Below are positions 60,490 to 64,000 of a stretch of 64,000 nucleotides of DNA, piece after piece (the first letter of the stretch is position 1; each line of letters starts with the position of its first letter). Below the pieces are notes generated by a model. That model was not told where the DNA came from, did not search any database, and saw nothing but the letters and a program-made list of their open reading frames with translations. This DNA comes from an uncultured Chloroflexia bacterium (GTDB lineage: Bacteria > Chloroflexota > Limnocylindria > Limnocylindrales > CSP1-4). Location: positions 1,568,001 through 1,632,000 of the forward strand of contig CAWEZH010000002.1 of the NCBI GenBank assembly GCA_963813535.1, written 5' to 3'. Both the position numbers and the translations under genes were made by a program.

Positions 60490-61118
60490 CGGATCGGTGG
60501 CAGGGCCAGGCCCGCACGACGCGCGGGTACGCCAGGACCAAACGGGCGATCGACATCGGCATCTGCCTCGTCGCGCTGCCGGTGCTGCTGCCCATCGGAC
60601 TCCTGTGCGCGCTGGCGATCCGGCTCGAGACGCCCGGACCGGTCCTGTTCGCGCAGCAGCGGACCGGCCAGCACGGTGTCCGCTTCCCGATGTTCAAGTT
60701 CCGGACGATGGTGCGCAACGCCGAGGAGCTGAAGGCGTCCCTCCAGCACCTCAACATCCTGCCGCCACCCGACTTCAAGATCCCGAACGACCCGCGCGTG
60801 ACGCGCGTCGGCAAGTTCCTGCGCAAGACCAGCCTCGACGAGCTCCCGCAGATCCTCAATGTGATCCGCGGTGAGATGTCGATCGTGGGACCGCGACCGA
60901 CGTCGTTCGCGGCGAGCACCTACGACCTTTGGCACTCCGAGCGCCTCGAGGTGCTGCCGGGCATCACCGGCCTCTGGCAGGTCAAGGGCCGCGGGACGAT
61001 GACCTTCGACGAGCGCCTCCGCCTGGACATCGAGTACATGGAACGGCGCTCGACGATGTACGACCTGCGGTTGATGGCCGAGACCGCCCTGGCGGTCTTC
61101 AAGGGGTCGGGCGTCTAG
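60486..61118 (+). CDS. Priming sugar transferase (Bac_transf)
   Basis: KRAIDI, KFRTM, DPRVTRVGKFLRKTSLDELPQ, GPRP, PGITGLWQV. Confidence 0.95.
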   Translation: MTDRWQGQARTTRGYARTKRAIDIGICLVALPVLLPIGLLCALAIRLETPGPVLFAQQRTGQHGVRFPMFKFRTMVRNAEELKASLQHLNILPPPDFKIPNDPRVTRVGKFLRKTSLDELPQILNVIRGEMSIVGPRPTSFAASTYDLWHSERLEVLPGITGLWQVKGRGTMTFDERLRLDIEYMERRSTMYDLRLMAETALAVFKGSGV

Positions 61119-62065
61119 GTCCTGCCCGCCGTCATCCCGCGCCTGGCGAGGTGCCAGGCGACCTGTCTCGCCAAGCCCTCAGCGGGCTCCACCGTCGGTG
61201 AATAGCCGAGCGCCGCGCGCGCTCGTGCGACGTCAGCGCTCGTGTGGCGCTGGTCACCAGGCCGGGCCGCCTCACGCTCGACGATGGGTTCGACCCCGAT
61301 GTGCTCACCGATCAGCGCGATGGCCTCGTTGAGCGAGATCGTCCTCCCGCCACCGATGTTGTAGATGCCACCCATGGCGCCGCGTTCGAGCGCGAGGATC
61401 GTGCCCGTGACCGCGTCGTCGATGTAGGTGTTCGAGCGGGTCTGCTCTCCGTCCCCGTAGACCGTGATCGGCTGACGGTCGAGCATGGCCTCGATGAACT
61501 TGTGGTACGCCATGTCCGGTCGCTGGCGCGGACCGTAGATCGAGAAGTACCGGATGATCGTGGCGGGGAACTCGTGCAGCGCCACATGGGCCAGGACGAG
61601 CTTCTCGGCGGCGAGCTTCGTGATGCCGTACGGCGATGACGGCTCGAGTGGTCGATCCTCGTCGCCGACGGCCTCGGTCCCGTACACCGACGACGTCGAT
61701 GCGAGCACGAAGCGTCGCACACGGGCACGCCGGGCTGCCTCGATGAGCCGATTGGTCGCCAGGATGTTGCACGACGTGTAGAGCTCGAGGTCGGTCCAGC
61801 TCCGCATCAGGCCGGCCATGGCTGCCTCGTGGAGGATGGCGTCCGCGCCGTCGAGCCACGGGTCGAGATCGTCGGTCCGCAGGTCGACCTCGCCGAAGCG
61901 GAACGACGGCGCGTCGGCCAGCCCGGCGAGGTTGGCCTCCTTCATCGGGCGCGGGTAGTAGTCGATGAAGGCGTCGAGTCCGACGACGTCGTGCCCGGCC
62001 GCGACCAGCGCTTCCGACAACGTCGACCCGATGAACCCGGCTGCGCCGGTGACCACGATCCTCAT
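61115..62065 (-). CDS. NAD-dependent nucleotide-sugar epimerase/dehydratase
   Basis: VTGAAGFIG, STSSVYG, YGITK, YGPRQRPDMA. Confidence 0.92.
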   Translation of the reverse strand: MRIVVTGAAGFIGSTLSEALVAAGHDVVGLDAFIDYYPRPMKEANLAGLADAPSFRFGEVDLRTDDLDPWLDGADAILHEAAMAGLMRSWTDLELYTSCNILATNRLIEAARRARVRRFVLASTSSVYGTEAVGDEDRPLEPSSPYGITKLAAEKLVLAHVALHEFPATIIRYFSIYGPRQRPDMAYHKFIEAMLDRQPITVYGDGEQTRSNTYIDDAVTGTILALERGAMGGIYNIGGGRTISLNEAIALIGEHIGVEPIVEREAARPGDQRHTSADVARARAALGYSPTVEPAEGLARQVAWHLARRGMTAGRT

Positions 62066-64000
62066 GGCGTCACGTCCTGGGACACACTCACCTCCGATAC
62101 GACGATGGCTTGGATCGGCAGCGCGGGCGGCGTCTCGATGCAGATGGATCCCACGGTCTCGACGGCCGACATCCGCCAGTCCAGTCCGCTTGCGCTTGCC
62201 ACCGCGCCCCCAGTGTCGGTCGTGACCCGCAGGTCGTAGGTCTTGTTCGCCTGGTCGATGATCGCCGTGACGATGAAGAACCGGCCGGTCGGGAGCGTCG
62301 CGGTCGAACGGACCTTCGTCGCCCCATCGAACCACGCGAGGACCTGCTTGTTCGTGACGCGGATGGTGGCCGTCTCGCCGCCGCTGCCCCGGATCGACAG
62401 GATCGTGGCGTCATCGAGAGCCACCCGCGTCAGCCGGATCCGGGCGCGGACCGTCAGAGCGGCACCGGGGATCTCCGGGATGTCGCGGCATGCGCGAACG
62501 TCAGCGCCGGCACTCGCCAGGCGCATGGACTGGCTCCCGGGGCTGTCGGCGATCACCGACAGACGGTTCGGAGGGTCCTCCGGACGCGTGAACCAGCCCG
62601 GAGGTGCGGTCGGGCCGGTCGGCCACGGCTCGAAGGTGTCCCGAAGGAGCGTCGTGGTGGTCTTGGCCGGGGCGGGTGTGGGCGTCTTCGGGCGAGACGG
62701 GTCGGCCGGGTCGGCCTTGGGGGGACCCGCGCCGAGGTCGACGACGCCATGCACGTATCGACCGTTCGTCCGGTCGTTCGCGAGGACGACGATGCCGGAC
62801 TCCGCGGTGAACGGCCCCTTGCTCGATGTCACGTTGTCGACCGTGGGCGCCGTCGTGCTCGAGATCAGCGGCACGCCCTCCCCCGTGTCGAACTCGATCC
62901 GGTCAAGGGGCGAACGCTTGTAGTAGATGACCCCGCCGCTGCCCGGTGACGTCGCGGCGACCGCGATGGTCCCGCCGGTCGGGTCCACGAGGACGATGGG
63001 GCGCGCGTGCCGGTCACGGACCAACCCGACCACCGAGCTGGACCAGTCACCTTCGTCGTCACGCGTGGCCAGCAGGGTGAGCGGATCGAGCGATCGTCCC
63101 CCGGCCGCTTGATCGTGGGTCGTCGCCACCGCCGCCGCGACGCCCGTGTCACCGCTCGGTAGCGGGTACGTGGCCAGATTGAGCTGGTCGTCCGGCAGCG
63201 GCTCATCCAGGATCGACTCGACGGGCGACCAGGCGTCGTCCGGCGCGCCATCTTCGTGCACGCTGAAATGGACCCCGGAGCGCTGGCTTGTCCATGCCAC
63301 CCCGATGCGACCCGGACCGAAGGCGATGACCGACGCGACGTCCGCCGGCGTGATCACCGCCTCCGGCATCGTCAGGGCGACGGGCGGGCTCCAGAGCGTG
63401 GCCTGCTCGAGCGTGTGGCTCAGCCAGACTTTGTCGTCGGCCGTGTAGGCGACCCACAGGACGTCGGTCGAGTCCTTCGCGAGGACGGCGGGGCTGGCGC
63501 CTGTGGGCCGGATGGTGACCGGGAAGTCAGGATCCATCACGTACCGTTTGGAGCCGGCGTCGTACGTGAATCGCCGCATGCGGATCGCGTGGTTCTCCGA
63601 CGGCCGCGAGCCGCCGCTCACGACATAGAGATGCGCGCCATCCCACAGGACATCGGCATCCGCGATCGGCCGCTCGTCGATGAGGGTCCCGGTGTCCGCC
63701 CAGACATGGGTCGCCGGGTCGAGTGCGAAGATCCCGAGTCGGTTCGTCGTGGGACCGAACAAGGCCCCCCACCACTTGCCCTGGGCGAACCAGAGCTTCG
63801 ACTGGGCGGTGCTCGTCGTCGGCGACCGCACGACCTCGGCGTCGACGGCAAAGTCGGGAAACGTGATCCCGGCGGTCGGCGGCGGGACCACGCCGTCGCT
63901 CGCGAGGGACGCCGTCGGACCCACGGTGGGGAGCGGGCCGGTCGGCGTAGGGGCCTGTCGGGCGAGCGCCATCAACGCGACGATCGAGCCACCGATGACG
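62062..64000 (-). CDS. Large exported/membrane protein (propeller-like plus lectin-like region); 5' end beyond the window
   Basis: Open frame to the window end; QSKLWF, DVLWDG, beta-rich repeats; stop overlaps the epimerase start. Confidence 0.7.
   Translation of the reverse strand, partial: VIGGSIVALMALARQAPTPTGPLPTVGPTASLASDGVVPPPTAGITFPDFAVDAEVVRSPTTSTAQSKLWFAQGKWWGALFGPTTNRLGIFALDPATHVWADTGTLIDERPIADADVLWDGAHLYVVSGGSRPSENHAIRMRRFTYDAGSKRYVMDPDFPVTIRPTGASPAVLAKDSTDVLWVAYTADDKVWLSHTLEQATLWSPPVALTMPEAVITPADVASVIAFGPGRIGVAWTSQRSGVHFSVHEDGAPDDAWSPVESILDEPLPDDQLNLATYPLPSGDTGVAAAVATTHDQAAGGRSLDPLTLLATRDDEGDWSSSVVGLVRDRHARPIVLVDPTGGTIAVAATSPGSGGVIYYKRSPLDRIEFDTGEGVPLISSTTAPTVDNVTSSKGPFTAESGIVVLANDRTNGRYVHGVVDLGAGPPKADPADPSRPKTPTPAPAKTTTTLLRDTFEPWPTGPTAPPGWFTRPEDPPNRLSVIADSPGSQSMRLASAGADVRACRDIPEIPGAALTVRARIRLTRVALDDATILSIRGSGGETATIRVTNKQVLAWFDGATKVRSTATLPTGRFFIVTAIIDQANKTYDLRVTTDTGGAVASASGLDWRMSAVETVGSICIETPPALPIQAIVVSEVSVSQDVTP

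Overview
Very GC-rich (roughly 70% by eye) bacterial chromosomal segment. Gene content and style suggest a Chloroflexota or Actinobacteria-like soil/freshwater lineage (inference only). It holds about 70 CDSs and one tRNA-Gly(CCC). Main blocks: 5' end of heme A synthase; a split pyrimidine cluster (pyrR-pyrB-pyrC ... pyrK-pyrD-pyrE); an ECF sigma/anti-sigma pair; lipB; a MarR-RND efflux unit; two class III nucleotide cyclases; two pyrrolysine-free MttB-family methyltransferases around a MetE-core protein; an ArsR-SRPBCC operon; a two-component system; an acyl-CoA synthetase; two sulfur-carrier genes (MoaD and a MoaD-MoaE fusion); and the start of an exopolysaccharide locus. Six genes carry clear single-base frameshifts and two more probably do; these look like long-read assembly errors. 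No integrase, transposase, cas gene or canonical CRISPR array is visible. Most notable observations: a catalytically eroded, partner-less lysine 5,6-aminomutase alpha homolog ending a five-gene operon; a GalT homolog whose nucleophilic His is replaced by Cys; a pyrR leader with two tandem PyrR-type loops enclosing the Shine-Dalgarno; an acidic tandem-domain protein coupled to pyrK/pyrD, which carry basic inserts; a beta-propeller + MoaD pair; a degenerate GGDEF protein with an RxxD site inside the EPS locus; a 72-bp periodic palindromic repeat; and pervasive leaderless-type promoters. Family calls come from motif recognition by eye, not database searches.
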